From: Actinomycetota bacterium
GTDB taxonomy: Bacteria > Actinomycetota > Actinomycetes > S36-B12 > FW305-bin1
DNA: 64,000 nucleotides
Assembly (NCBI GenBank): GCA_004297305.1
Contig: SCTR01000007.1
Location: 106,871-170,870 of the forward strand
Direction: 5' to 3'
Part shown: positions 1 to 11,474 of the stretch, piece after piece
How positions within the stretch are numbered: position 1 is the first letter of the stretch
Layout of the letters: each line of letters opens with the position of its first letter
Notes under the pieces: model-generated
Seen by the model: only the letters and a program-made list of their open reading frames with translations
The model's database searches: none
Told to the model about the DNA's origin: nothing
Program-made: the position numbers and the translations under genes

Positions 1-653
1 ATGTCCGGCCGCTGTGCCGTGCCGGGCTGGATGCCGGGTCCTGCCGAGGCGGACAACCACGGTGCAATGACGAGGGCGGCCTGTTCATGACCGTCTGGCT
101 CGCCCGGCCGGGCGAAGCCGCTCACTTCGTCACCTTCGCGTGTCTCGGGCCGGATCGGCCACGCACCGTGGACGACGTCGCGACAGATCTGCGTGACCGG
201 ATCGCCCGCGGCCTACCGCCGCTCCAGCCCGCGATCGCGCCGGCTGCCGGGCCGGTCACCGGCCTGCCGACGCTGCTGTCAGCCGGGCAGTCGGCCGAGC
301 CCCCACAGCTGCACTACGTCCTGGGCGGCTACGAGGTCACGGCCCGGCCGGTGGCTCGCTGGGCGTGGGACTTCGGCGACGGCTCCCGGGCGGCGACCTC
401 GTCGCCGGGTTCCCTCGATCCCGCCGTACTGCATCGCGGCGCGGCCGGTGCAGTGGTCCACACCTATCGGCAGTCGGGCGGCGTCTCGATCGGCGTCACG
501 GCCCGCTGGTCGGCGACCTTCACCATCGGCGAGCTCGGTCCGTTCGCCGTCGTCGACCCTGTGCTGCAGCAAGCCACCCTCGCCTCGACGGTGCGGCAGG
601 CTCGCGCGGTCCTGGTGTTGGGACCGTCCGGGAGCGCAGGAGGCGCCCGTTGA
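1..653 (+). CDS. 5'-truncated hypothetical protein with PKD-like beta domain
   Basis: Frame of ORF 87..653 is open back to the window start; WAWDFGDGS and VVHTY motifs are typical of PKD-like domains. Confidence 0.6.
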   Translation, partial: VRPLCRAGLDAGSCRGGQPRCNDEGGLFMTVWLARPGEAAHFVTFACLGPDRPRTVDDVATDLRDRIARGLPPLQPAIAPAAGPVTGLPTLLSAGQSAEPPQLHYVLGGYEVTARPVARWAWDFGDGSRAATSSPGSLDPAVLHRGAAGAVVHTYRQSGGVSIGVTARWSATFTIGELGPFAVVDPVLQQATLASTVRQARAVLVLGPSGSAGGAR

Positions 654-691
654 GCGGCCAATCCGTCGGGTCGTCGTGGAAGGATCCGGCC

Positions 692-1261
692 ATGGTCTTC
701 CAGATCACCAACGATCCGGCTGCCGACGCCGTCCTCGACGAGTACCCGCTCGCCGTCGTGATCGGCATGCAACTGGATCAGCAGTATCCGATCGAGCACG
801 CCTTCCGAGGCGGCTGGAAGATCCTGTCCCGGTTCGGTTCGCTCGAACCGGCCGACATCGCCGAGGCCGACTCCGAGACGTTCACCGCGCTGTGCCGTAC
901 GCCGCCGGCCATCCACCGCTATCCGGCGGCGAAGGCGGCCAAGGTGCAGGACCTCGCGCGCCTCGTTGTGTCGCAGTACGACGGTGAGGTCACCCGGATC
1001 TGGACCGAGGCGTCGTCCGGGACGCAGTTGCTGACCCGGCTGAAGGCGTTGCCCGGCTTCGGCGAGCAGACCGCGAAGATCTTCGTCGCGCTGCTGGGCA
1101 AGCAACTGGGCGTACGGCCGACCGGGTGGAAGGCGGCCGCCGGTGATTACGGCCTGCCGGGGTATCGGTCGGTCGCCGACGTCACTGGTCCGGCGGCACT
1201 GGCCAAGGTGCGGGAGTTCAAGCAGGCGGCGAAGGCGGCGGCTCGCGCGGGTTCCAGCTGA
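692..1261 (+). CDS. HhH-GPD-type base-excision DNA repair family protein
   Basis: ATG at 692; GMQLDQQYPIEHAF, IHRYP, helix-hairpin-helix LKALPGFGEQTAKIFVALLGKQ, RSVADV. Confidence 0.85.
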   Translation: MVFQITNDPAADAVLDEYPLAVVIGMQLDQQYPIEHAFRGGWKILSRFGSLEPADIAEADSETFTALCRTPPAIHRYPAAKAAKVQDLARLVVSQYDGEVTRIWTEASSGTQLLTRLKALPGFGEQTAKIFVALLGKQLGVRPTGWKAAAGDYGLPGYRSVADVTGPAALAKVREFKQAAKAAARAGSS

Positions 1262-1358
1262 GGGATCGCCATTGTGGCCGAGGATTCGTCGTATCCCGCC
1301 GCTGCGGCCGGCTACCGCACTGAGGTCCGAGCGCCCCTTGGGGTGGTGGGCAGGGGTG

Positions 1359-1386
1359 GGAATGGTCCTGCCATGTCACAATGTTG
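1359..1386 (+). promoter_or_regulatory. Putative ECF-sigma (SigR/SigH-like) promoter GGAAT-N19-GTTG upstream of hrdB
   Basis: GGAAT at 1359-1363, GTTG at 1383-1386, about 95 bp upstream of the proposed hrdB start. Confidence 0.45.
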
Positions 1387-1481
1387 CAGCCGGTGCGTCC
1401 TCGCCCGGCGCCGCGCCCGTCCAGGTCACCACGGTGGCTTGACACGGGCCCTCGTTATTGGTCCAGCTCGAGAGGTGCTCC

Positions 1482-2936
1482 GTGTCACCGACCCGAACCT
1501 CGTCTGCTCGTGCTGTCGCCACCGCCGTCGCCGACCCAGCGCCGGCGGCCGACGAGAAGGCTCCCGAGACCGGCGTCTCCCGGTCCACCCGCAAGCGGAA
1601 GGCGGCGAGCACTCCGGTGCCGACCACAGCGACCCCCACAGCCCCGACGACGAGCGCCAAGGAGCCGACCAAGAGCCCGTCTCGCCGCCGGCAGACCGGT
1701 GACGCCGCCGTCGAGCAGATCGAGGTCGTGAAGGCCCCCCCGGCCAGGAAGAAGAGCGCAGCGGCCAAGGCCACCGAGGTCGACGCTGCCGCTGCGGCGC
1801 CGGACGCCGAGCCGACGGTGGTCGTCGAAGGCGGCGAGGTAATCGACCTCGAGGTCGAGGCGGAGATCGAGGCGGAACTCGAAACCGAGCTCGCGGTGGA
1901 TCTCGCCGTGGTCGAGTCCGAAGAGAAGGTGGAGGGCGACCAGAAGCCGGAGACGGAATCGGAAGCCTTCACGATCTCCGATGTCGACGACACCGACGAG
2001 CCCATTCAGCAGGTGACGCAGGCCGGTGCGACCGCCGACCCGGTCAAGGACTATCTCAAGCAGATCGGCAAGGTCCCACTGCTCAACGCCGAGCAGGAGG
2101 TCGAGCTGGCTAAGCGGATCGAAGCGGGCCTGTTCGCCGAGGAGCGGTTGAACTCCGGCGCCAAGCTCGATCCCACGCTGCGTGGCGACCTCGAGTGGAT
2201 CGCCGAGGACGGTCGTCGCGCCAAGAACCATCTGCTGGAGGCGAACCTTCGTCTGGTCGTGTCGCTGGCCAAGCGCTACACCGGACGCGGAATGCTGTTC
2301 TTGGACCTCATCCAGGAAGGCAACCTGGGCCTGATCCGGGCGGTCGAGAAGTTCGACTACACCAAGGGCTACAAGTTCTCGACGTACGCGACCTGGTGGA
2401 TCAGGCAGGCCATCACGCGGGCCATGGCCGACCAGGCCCGCACCATCCGGATTCCGGTCCACATGGTCGAGGTCATCAACAAGCTCGCCCGAGTTCAGCG
2501 GCAGATGCTGCAGGACCTCGGTCGCGAGCCCACTCCTGAAGAACTCGCCAAAGAACTCGACATGACCCCGGAGAAGGTCGTCGAGGTGCAGAAGTACGGC
2601 CGAGAGCCGATCTCGCTGCACACCCCGCTTGGCGAGGACGGCGACAGTGAGTTCGGGGATCTGATCGAGGACTCCGAAGCGATCGTGCCGTCCGACGCGG
2701 TCTCCTTCACGCTGCTGCAGGAGCAGCTCGACTCCGTGCTGGACACGCTGAGTGAACGCGAGGCCGGCGTGGTGAAGATGCGCTTCGGGCTCACCGACGG
2801 GCAGCCGAAGACGCTCGACGAGATCGGCAAGGTGTACGGCGTCACCCGCGAGCGGATCCGGCAGATCGAATCGAAGACCATGTCGAAGCTGCGGCACCCC
2901 TCCCGCTCGCAGGTCCTGCGCGACTACCTGGACTGA
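1482..2936 (+). CDS. hrdB: Principal RNA polymerase sigma factor (sigma70 group 1)
   Basis: [91 protein letters not shown]; GTG at 1482 follows GAGAGG. Confidence 0.97.
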   Translation: MSPTRTSSARAVATAVADPAPAADEKAPETGVSRSTRKRKAASTPVPTTATPTAPTTSAKEPTKSPSRRRQTGDAAVEQIEVVKAPPARKKSAAAKATEVDAAAAAPDAEPTVVVEGGEVIDLEVEAEIEAELETELAVDLAVVESEEKVEGDQKPETESEAFTISDVDDTDEPIQQVTQAGATADPVKDYLKQIGKVPLLNAEQEVELAKRIEAGLFAEERLNSGAKLDPTLRGDLEWIAEDGRRAKNHLLEANLRLVVSLAKRYTGRGMLFLDLIQEGNLGLIRAVEKFDYTKGYKFSTYATWWIRQAITRAMADQARTIRIPVHMVEVINKLARVQRQMLQDLGREPTPEELAKELDMTPEKVVEVQKYGREPISLHTPLGEDGDSEFGDLIEDSEAIVPSDAVSFTLLQEQLDSVLDTLSEREAGVVKMRFGLTDGQPKTLDEIGKVYGVTRERIRQIESKTMSKLRHPSRSQVLRDYLD

Positions 2937-3032
2937 CGACTCGGCCCGGACTGACAACTCGGACCCTCCCGTCCCAGGTGGGCCGGTCGTCGTGATGTCC
3001 ACGGTCAGTGCGGCGTAGGCCCCGTCGTCGAC

Positions 3033-3503
3033 CTATCTGTCGCCCCGGGGGACGTCGGTGGGCGTGCCCCCCGAGTCGCCGCGGCTCGTGTTCTTCGCCC
3101 GGGCGGTGATCTCCCGCCAATCCGTTCGGTACGTCGAGTGTTTCGCGACGGCATCGCCGACGTACGCCGCCACATTCGCCTGATCGACCGCGGTGCCGTA
3201 CGGAATGTCCCAGGTCATGAGGACCGATGATCCCTTGCGCAGCACCGCTAACGGGTCATCGAGGATCACCCCGTACAGGAACCGAATGGCGACGGAGGCC
3301 TTGCCCGCGTCCAGCGCGACGACCCAGAACCGTCGCTCGCCGGGCAACGCATACATGAGGATGCCGTAGCGAACCGCGGCCACCAGTTCGGGGGCGGTTC
3401 GCGTGATCACCGAATGCAGCTCGCGTACCAGGGGCGCCGCGGCCGGAACTGCCGTAGGCGTGATCCGGTGGAGATACTCCGACAACGGATCCGACGTCGT
3501 CAC
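3033..3503 (-). CDS. DUF1801/YdhG-like domain protein
   Basis: Pattern LVRELHSVITRTAPELVAAVRYGILMY...LDDPLAVL resembles DUF1801; start chosen at GTG 3503. Confidence 0.6.
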   Translation of the reverse strand: MTTSDPLSEYLHRITPTAVPAAAPLVRELHSVITRTAPELVAAVRYGILMYALPGERRFWVVALDAGKASVAIRFLYGVILDDPLAVLRKGSSVLMTWDIPYGTAVDQANVAAYVGDAVAKHSTYRTDWREITARAKNTSRGDSGGTPTDVPRGDR

Positions 3504-3573
3504 CACCGCTGCAGCCTCCGCTCGTGCCGGCAGCGGCAGCAGGGCCGCCGTCCACCGTGGCCGCATGCGGGCC

Positions 3574-4986
3574 TCACAGCAGGGTGCCCGCGGCCGCCGG
3601 GGTACGCCGGCGGGCGTACCCGATGAGGGCCGCGGAACCCAGTGACGCGACCGCCGCCAGCACGAGGGCGACCTGGTAGCCCCCCAGTCCAGGGACGGCC
3701 GAGCCCGGCGGGGTCGCAGCCGTGGCGGTCGCCGCGACGATGGCGGTCCCGAGAGCCTGGCCGATGGTGCGACAGATGAAGTTCATCCCGGTGGCAACTC
3801 CCCGTTCCGGTGGTACGACCACCGTGACGATGTACGCCGGCGATGCCGACATCGACGCGCCGGTACCGGCCGTACACAGGCAACTGCCGATAACCAGAGC
3901 CCAGGCGTTGTCGTTCCAGACAGCCAGCAGGACCAGACTCAGCCCGGCGACGATCGATCCGCCCATGAGCGATCGTCGAAGCCCGATGCGGCTGGCGACG
4001 CGGGGGAGCAGTGCCGACGAGGCGGCCTGCACCAGGGAACAGGGCACGATGATCAGCGTCGCGGCGAGAATGCCGAGGCCGAGGCCGTAGCCACTGGCCG
4101 GATCGCGTTGGCTGATCGCCACGAACGACAGCAGCATGCTGAGCTGCCCGACCCCCAGCGCGATGGCTCCGACGTTCGTCGACAGCACCGGCCAGCTCAG
4201 GAACACCCGCATGTCCACCAGCGGATGGGCGGCCAGGTAGCCCTGCGCTATCCAGAGGCCGCCGCTGACCAGCCCGACGCCGGCGAAGGCAAGGGTTGCC
4301 GGTGAGCCCCATCCCCAACTGCCTCCCTCCGCCAGTGCGACGAGGATTCCGACCAATGCCATGGTGAGCAACGCCCCACCGACGACGTCGCCGTCGCCGC
4401 TTGTGGCCGACCGCGTTGCCGGCACGGTCAGCCACGTGGCCAGGAACGCGGCCAGGGCAATACCGGTCAAGACCCAGAAGACGGCTTGGATGCTGCCGGT
4501 ACCCGCGACGATGAGTCCACCCATCGGCGCGCCGAACCCACCGCCGACCGACGCGGCGGCACTGACGATGCCGATCCCGAAAGTCCTCCGCCGGACAGGG
4601 ATCAGGTCCGCGACCACCGCGAAGCCGAGGGGAGCTGAGGCGACCCCCGGCCCCTGCAGGAAGCGCGCGACGAGCAGCGCGGCGACGTTGTCGGTGGCGG
4701 CGGCCAGCACGCAGCCGCTCAACAGCAGTCCAAGTGACAGCAGCAGGACATGCCGCCGCCCGTAACGATCGCCCAGTCGCGCCAGCAGGGGAATGGACAC
4801 CGTTCCGGCGATCAAGGTCACCGTCACGATCAGATTCGCCGTCGCCGCCGATATGCCGTAGTGCGTGCTGGCCATCGGGACCAGCGGGACGACAGCGGTC
4901 GACAGCAGCCCGAAAGTCAAGGGCCCCAAGCACAATCCCCCGAGAAGCAGGACCTGGCGGGCCCGGCTCAGCTCGGTCGTCGCCAT
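3574..4986 (-). CDS. MFS transporter (DHA2-like, about 14 TM)
   Basis: Motif A ARLGDRYGRRHVLL, ARFLQG, many hydrophobic segments; AGGAG RBS before ATG 4986. Confidence 0.92.
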   Translation of the reverse strand: MATTELSRARQVLLLGGLCLGPLTFGLLSTAVVPLVPMASTHYGISAATANLIVTVTLIAGTVSIPLLARLGDRYGRRHVLLLSLGLLLSGCVLAAATDNVAALLVARFLQGPGVASAPLGFAVVADLIPVRRRTFGIGIVSAAASVGGGFGAPMGGLIVAGTGSIQAVFWVLTGIALAAFLATWLTVPATRSATSGDGDVVGGALLTMALVGILVALAEGGSWGWGSPATLAFAGVGLVSGGLWIAQGYLAAHPLVDMRVFLSWPVLSTNVGAIALGVGQLSMLLSFVAISQRDPASGYGLGLGILAATLIIVPCSLVQAASSALLPRVASRIGLRRSLMGGSIVAGLSLVLLAVWNDNAWALVIGSCLCTAGTGASMSASPAYIVTVVVPPERGVATGMNFICRTIGQALGTAIVAATATAATPPGSAVPGLGGYQVALVLAAVASLGSAALIGYARRRTPAAAGTLL

Positions 4987-5274
4987 CCGGCTCCTTCGCG
5001 TGCTCACGTCATCCCCGTGTGCCCCGCGAGTGTGGTGGCGTCGGCCACCGGACCACGGCGCGCCGTGAGGCGCCTGGTGGGCGCCGACCGGATGCCGTGG
5101 ATATCGTCCCGGCCAGGATGGTAGGCGAACTGGACCATATCGCGGTACGCCGGGCGTCCCCGGAGCCGACCTCGTCCGTTCGTGCGGCGTTCCTGTTGTG
5201 GCTCATCGAGGGTTCGCCGTGCCACCTACCATGCACACCGCGGCCGTGACGGCCTGCCGACAGACGGGGGATTG

Positions 5275-6267
5275 ATGGCCGGCGATCCAGGCGACGGTGA
5301 TGCGCCGATCCGGCGATCGCCGAGTGGGCGCATTCCGCGCTGGGTCATGGACGAGGCGGCCGGCCGCACACCGATCGATGCGGTGCCGTTCCGAAGCGGT
5401 AGTACCGATCTGACGACCCCAGACGCCGCGAGGTGGCGAAGCAGTCGGCGGCCTCCCACAGCTGCTGTCGTCGTCATCCTGTTCCTCGCCTGCGTCGCGG
5501 CGTCCGTGGTGGCGTCGGTCGTGCTGCGCCTGGCACCCGAGATCGAAGCCGGACCGGGCGAGCTGCCGCCGGCGTCGGATTCCCGTCAGGCAGTGGCGCC
5601 GCCCCTCGGTTTCGAGGAAGCCGGCCACCCCCTGGGACATCCGCCCGCGATCGCCTCGGCTGCCAAGCCGGGCTACCGCGTGATCGCCCACCAGCCGGAT
5701 AGCGCGACCGCGGTGACCTGGTCGCCCTGCCGACCGATTCACTATGTCGTCCGCCCGGACAAGGCACCCGCTGGCGGAGAGCGGCTCATCGCGTCGGCCA
5801 TCGCTCGGGTCGCGGCCGCGACCGGCTTGTCGTTCGTCAACGACGGGACCACCACCGAAGCGCCACAGGAGGATCGACCGGCCTATCAGCCCTCGCGGTA
5901 CGGCGAGCGCTGGGCGCCAGTGCTCATTACATGGGCGACGGCCGATGAGGTACCCGACTTCGGTATCGACGTCCTCGGCGAAGCGGGTCCGGTCCGGGTC
6001 CGCACCCCTAGCGGGGACGACGCCTTCGTCTCAGGCACAGTCGCACTCGACGCAGCGAAGATGGGCAAGGCACAGGCCCGCTACGGCGACGACGTCGCTC
6101 GGGCAGCGGTGCTACACGAACTCGGACACCTTCTGGGTCTCAGCCACGTCAATGACAAGAACCAGATCATGTGGCCGCAGCTCCAGCCGGCGGTCGTCGA
6201 CTACCAGGCCGGAGACCTGCGGGGTCTCGCCGTACTCGGCAGTGGTTCCTGCCAGCCCGACGTCTGA
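5275..6267 (+). CDS. Membrane-anchored matrixin/M10-type zinc metalloprotease
   Basis: HELGHLLGLSH (HExxHxxGxxH), Met-turn QIMWP, single TM segment AAVVVILFLACVAASVVASVVL. Confidence 0.85.
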   Translation: MAGDPGDGDAPIRRSPSGRIPRWVMDEAAGRTPIDAVPFRSGSTDLTTPDAARWRSSRRPPTAAVVVILFLACVAASVVASVVLRLAPEIEAGPGELPPASDSRQAVAPPLGFEEAGHPLGHPPAIASAAKPGYRVIAHQPDSATAVTWSPCRPIHYVVRPDKAPAGGERLIASAIARVAAATGLSFVNDGTTTEAPQEDRPAYQPSRYGERWAPVLITWATADEVPDFGIDVLGEAGPVRVRTPSGDDAFVSGTVALDAAKMGKAQARYGDDVARAAVLHELGHLLGLSHVNDKNQIMWPQLQPAVVDYQAGDLRGLAVLGSGSCQPDV

Positions 6268-6385
6268 AGCATTTCGGACGTCCCGCTCGCTGAACTCCCA
6301 CTGACCGAAGTGTGACAACGCGGAATGGCCGTCCCTGTGGTGCACCCGCCTGCTGCCGTACCGGGAGGCTCCGGTCATGCCGGTC

Positions 6386-6619
6386 TCAATCGGTGCTGTC
6401 CTCGATCGTGCTCTCGACGTAGGCCTGCGCTTCGTCCTGGTCCTGCGGGATGTCCGCCCGCCGTTCTGCGTCGTCCCCATGGGGTTCCGATGCTGCGGAC
6501 GACGTCGCGACCGCGTCGGAGTCATCGTCGGTGTCAGTGATGCCGAGCTGCTTGGCGACGGTGTCGCGTGCCTCGTCGGCCGCCTTGTTGATGTCGTCGA
6601 GTTCGTCGTTGTTCGTCAT
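6386..6619 (-). CDS. Small acidic hypothetical protein (77 aa)
   Basis: GAGGGA RBS before ATG; D/E-rich composition; fills the gap between two genes. Confidence 0.6.
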   Translation of the reverse strand: MTNNDELDDINKAADEARDTVAKQLGITDTDDDSDAVATSSAASEPHGDDAERRADIPQDQDEAQAYVESTIEDSTD

Positions 6620-6656
6620 CGTCGTCCCTCACTGTCGCCCGATCGAGGCGGCAGTG

Positions 6657-6682
6657 GTGCCCGGCGGTACCTGTCGGCAAAC
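6657..6682 (-). promoter_or_regulatory. Putative SigB/SigF-type stress promoter GTTT-N16-GGGCAC
   Basis: Minus strand GTTT at 6682-6679, 16-nt spacer, GGGCAC at 6662-6657, 37 bp upstream of the ATG at 6619. Confidence 0.35.
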
Positions 6683-6824
6683 GCCCAGCGCCATGGCCGT
6701 GCGGTGCAGGCAGCGTCAGTGCCGCCGAGGACGGCACGTGTTCCGCCTCAGCGCCGAAGCCGCGGTACCCCGCTGCGCAGCCGCAATCGGTGCTGCAGTG
6801 GCGGGACCGCGATGCGGGTTGACC

Positions 6825-7340
6825 TCAGCCGATCTCGAGGTCGTCCGAGGCCAGCAGGCCGATCTCGACCAGATCCAGCGGGTGCACCCATTCGTCGCTG
6901 ACCGGAACGCCGCCGGCGTTGGCGATCGCGGTCCGCAGCGGAATGGCCCAGACATGCTCGATGAGCGCGATCGCCGCCGCACTCCCGGGAGCGATCGCCT
7001 CGGCGACGTCCCAGACCTCGGCTTCGTCGATGAGGTGTCCGTCGGTCGCGGCTACGGCCTCGGCCCCGGCGACAGCGCCCAGTTCGGCGCCGGCTTCGCC
7101 CGCCGCTCCCAGACCCAACAGTGCACCGACGGTCGCGCCGAGCCCCTCGGCCTCGTCGAGCGACAAGTCGCTCCACTGCAGCGCGGCCAGGTCCCCGTCC
7201 AGATTCTTCTGCACCACCAGCGCGTCGATCAGCCGGATCACGTTGGTGTCCCGCAGCCGATTGAGTTCGGTGAGGATCTCTCCGGTGAAGTTGGGCTGGT
7301 CGAAACCGACGACGAGTAGTTGCACCGGTCCGATGGGCAT
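6825..7340 (-). CDS. DUF6325/DUF1269-like protein
   Basis: GPVQLLVVGF...IRLIDALVVQK, glycine-zipper GATVGALLGLG, AAIALIEHVWA. Confidence 0.75.
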   Translation of the reverse strand: MPIGPVQLLVVGFDQPNFTGEILTELNRLRDTNVIRLIDALVVQKNLDGDLAALQWSDLSLDEAEGLGATVGALLGLGAAGEAGAELGAVAGAEAVAATDGHLIDEAEVWDVAEAIAPGSAAAIALIEHVWAIPLRTAIANAGGVPVSDEWVHPLDLVEIGLLASDDLEIG

Positions 7341-7398
7341 GGGTCGAACTCCTCAAACGTGGTGATGCGTGGCTGGGGCTGCGTAAGGCGGAGGTCGG

Positions 7399-7662
7399 TC
7401 AGGCGTTCAGGATCTTGAGCTTCTCTGCGTCGAACTCGGCCTGCGTCAAGACGCCGGCGTCGAGCAACTGCTTGAGTTTCATCAGCTCCGCGAAGTTGTC
7501 CGGGGCAGGCGCATCGGCAGCAGGGGTCGCGGCCGGCGGGGCCTGTGCCGCTTGAGCCTGTGCTGTTTGGGCCTGCGCTGCTTCGGCCTTGGCGGCACCC
7601 CGCTTGGAGGCGACATGCGCGGTCGCTCCGAGTACGGCGGCACGACGCAACATCCTGGGCAT
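7399..7662 (-). CDS. SHOCT domain protein
   Basis: C-terminal ELMKLKQLLDAGVLTQAEFDAEKLKIL; AAGGAG RBS before ATG 7662; Ala/Gln/Pro linker. Confidence 0.85.
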   Translation of the reverse strand: MPRMLRRAAVLGATAHVASKRGAAKAEAAQAQTAQAQAAQAPPAATPAADAPAPDNFAELMKLKQLLDAGVLTQAEFDAEKLKILNA

Positions 7663-7838
7663 GGTCGGCTCCTTGGCGACGGCTGAGCCACGGCTCTCCG
7701 GATCGGCGCCCGGGTCGTTGAGGCCAGCGAGGTGGAGGGCGGCGAGGCGGCGGCGTGTTGGCGCCGTCGCCTCCCCGGAACGCCGCCGACAGTACCTCGC
7801 ACGATGCCGGCTGGGTATGGGTTCCGGGCTCCCGTTGA

Positions 7839-8540
7839 TCAGCCTGCTCGCACCACGTTGCGGACGAGTGCGGCGTACCCCCGGCAGCCCGCAGCGGTGA
7901 GGTGGATGCCGTCGCCGCCCAGCCAGCTCGTACGACGCAACTCCGACGCGGCGTTCCAGTCCGCGAGCCGTGCGTTGGGGTAGCGCGGTATCGCCGCGCG
8001 AAGCATCGTGTTGCTCCGATTCTCGAAGGTGTAGCGGCGATAGTCGTTGCGCAACTGCAGGGTGAGCCAGACGACCAACCGTTGCGGGCCGGCGAGGCGC
8101 ATGATCCGGTCGACCCACGGCCGGGTGAGGCCACCGTTGGTGCCCAGGTGGACGACGAGAATCGGCGGCAGCGTCCGTCGGTGGGCGGCGATCACCGCGG
8201 CCCCTGCCGAGGCCTGCCGGCTGCCGACCGCGTCGACGGCGAACCTCTTGCTGGCCAGGCAGGATCGCGCGCCCAGCATCACCGAGTCACCGACCGCGTA
8301 CGCCCGCCCCGCCACGACCCGGCGCGACACCGTCCCGTCCTCGCCGGCGGGGGCGACGGTTCCAGAACGAGTGACGGTGTCGGGCCCGACCGCCACGGCG
8401 TGCCCGGTCGTCGTCGGTATGGCGGCCACGGAGGCCACTGCTGTCGGTGTGGTGGAGTCGGCCGTCGTTGCGGCCCCGCCGCAGGCAGTGATCGTCAGGG
8501 CCAGCCCACAGGCGAGTGCGCCGGTGGCACCGACCCGCAT
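7839..8540 (-). CDS. SGNH-hydrolase-fold lipoprotein (resembles the OatA/YrhL C-terminal domain)
   Basis: Lipobox-like LTITAC; VGDSVMLG, HLGTNG, LADWN, DGIHLT; AGGAGG RBS. Confidence 0.8.
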   Translation of the reverse strand: MRVGATGALACGLALTITACGGAATTADSTTPTAVASVAAIPTTTGHAVAVGPDTVTRSGTVAPAGEDGTVSRRVVAGRAYAVGDSVMLGARSCLASKRFAVDAVGSRQASAGAAVIAAHRRTLPPILVVHLGTNGGLTRPWVDRIMRLAGPQRLVVWLTLQLRNDYRRYTFENRSNTMLRAAIPRYPNARLADWNAASELRRTSWLGGDGIHLTAAGCRGYAALVRNVVRAG

Positions 8541-8674
8541 GGCGCCCTCCTGGGTGACGTGGAGATCGCGTGGCGGGGCGATCATGGCACGGCGCCGCAC
8601 GATCGACCGGGCTGGCTGCGATGCAGCGGTTCGCGGGCCTCGGCTGAGGCGACGAGAATCGGGTGAAGCAAGGA

Positions 8675-8706
8675 GAAAGGCCCCGGACAGCTGTCCGGGG
8701 CCTTTC
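8675..8706. terminator. Intrinsic terminator hairpin
   Basis: Perfect 32-bp palindrome GAAAGGCCCCGGACAG/CTGTCCGGGGCCTTTC, 20 bp downstream of the stop of 8726..8950. Confidence 0.8.
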
Positions 8707-8725
8707 GTCAGGTCGGGGGTGCTGC

Positions 8726-8950
8726 TCAGTCCTCCACGGTCTTGACCACGTCGGTGAGCCGGTGGGTCTCATCGAGGATGGAGGCGGCCTTGTCCTTCAG
8801 TGCCGCGCCGTGCTCGGCGTAGTGGTGCGAGCAGAAGAGCAGCTCTCCACCGGCCGTGAGCGCCACGCGCACGTAGGCCTGTGCTCCGCAGCGGTCGCAG
8901 CGGTCCAGGGCCGACAGCGTCGATGTCGTGGGGGCCAGCGTCTGCGTCAT
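8726..8950 (-). CDS. Small zinc-ribbon-like protein (DUF7455-like)
   Basis: DRCDRCGAQAYVRV...LLFCSHH; AGGAG RBS; lies divergent from parE. Confidence 0.8.
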   Translation of the reverse strand: MTQTLAPTTSTLSALDRCDRCGAQAYVRVALTAGGELLFCSHHYAEHGAALKDKAASILDETHRLTDVVKTVED

Positions 8951-9005
8951 GAGCTCCTCCTCACGGACCGGCGGGCACCACGCCCGGCAGGTCCTGCACC
9001 CGAGT

Positions 9006-9033
9006 CAACATAGTGACACCCCGGATTCGTTCC
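9006..9033 (-). promoter_or_regulatory. Putative ECF-sigma promoter GGAAC-N19-GTTG
   Basis: Minus strand GGAAC at 9033-9029, GTTG at 9009-9006, 55 bp upstream of the ATG at 8950. Confidence 0.45.
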
Positions 9034-9289
9034 CGGGTCTCCCATTCGGCCAGGTTCGCCGTCGGCTGACAGCAGCATCCGGTGCGGTCCTTCCCATGAC
9101 CAGCGCCTTTACTCTCCTGTAACCAGCTCGACGCGGTGTGAGTCACCTCACCCGTCGGGCGTGTCCCTGGATCTGGCCCGGTCGCGGATGCCGGTGCCGG
9201 TGCTGCGCCGGGCCGGCAGTGCGGGAGATCACCGCAGCGGTGCGCGCGGCGGGTCGGGACGTGTCGGTGCCGCGGCTAGCCTGACCCGC

Positions 9290-11419
<2,130 letters not shown>

Positions 11420-11474
11420 CGCCTGACGTGGACGGGGCCCGCCCGGCCGACCTCGTTGGCGCGTGGCGCGGCGG

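Noticed and set aside
1439-1467. Housekeeping promoter from TTGACA at 1439-1444
   Set aside because: There is no acceptable -10 hexamer at 16-18 nt spacing (TCCAGC at 17 nt).
8961-9146. 61-aa minus-strand ORF
   Set aside because: It has no RBS or homology and overlaps the promoter-like region of the DUF7455-like gene.
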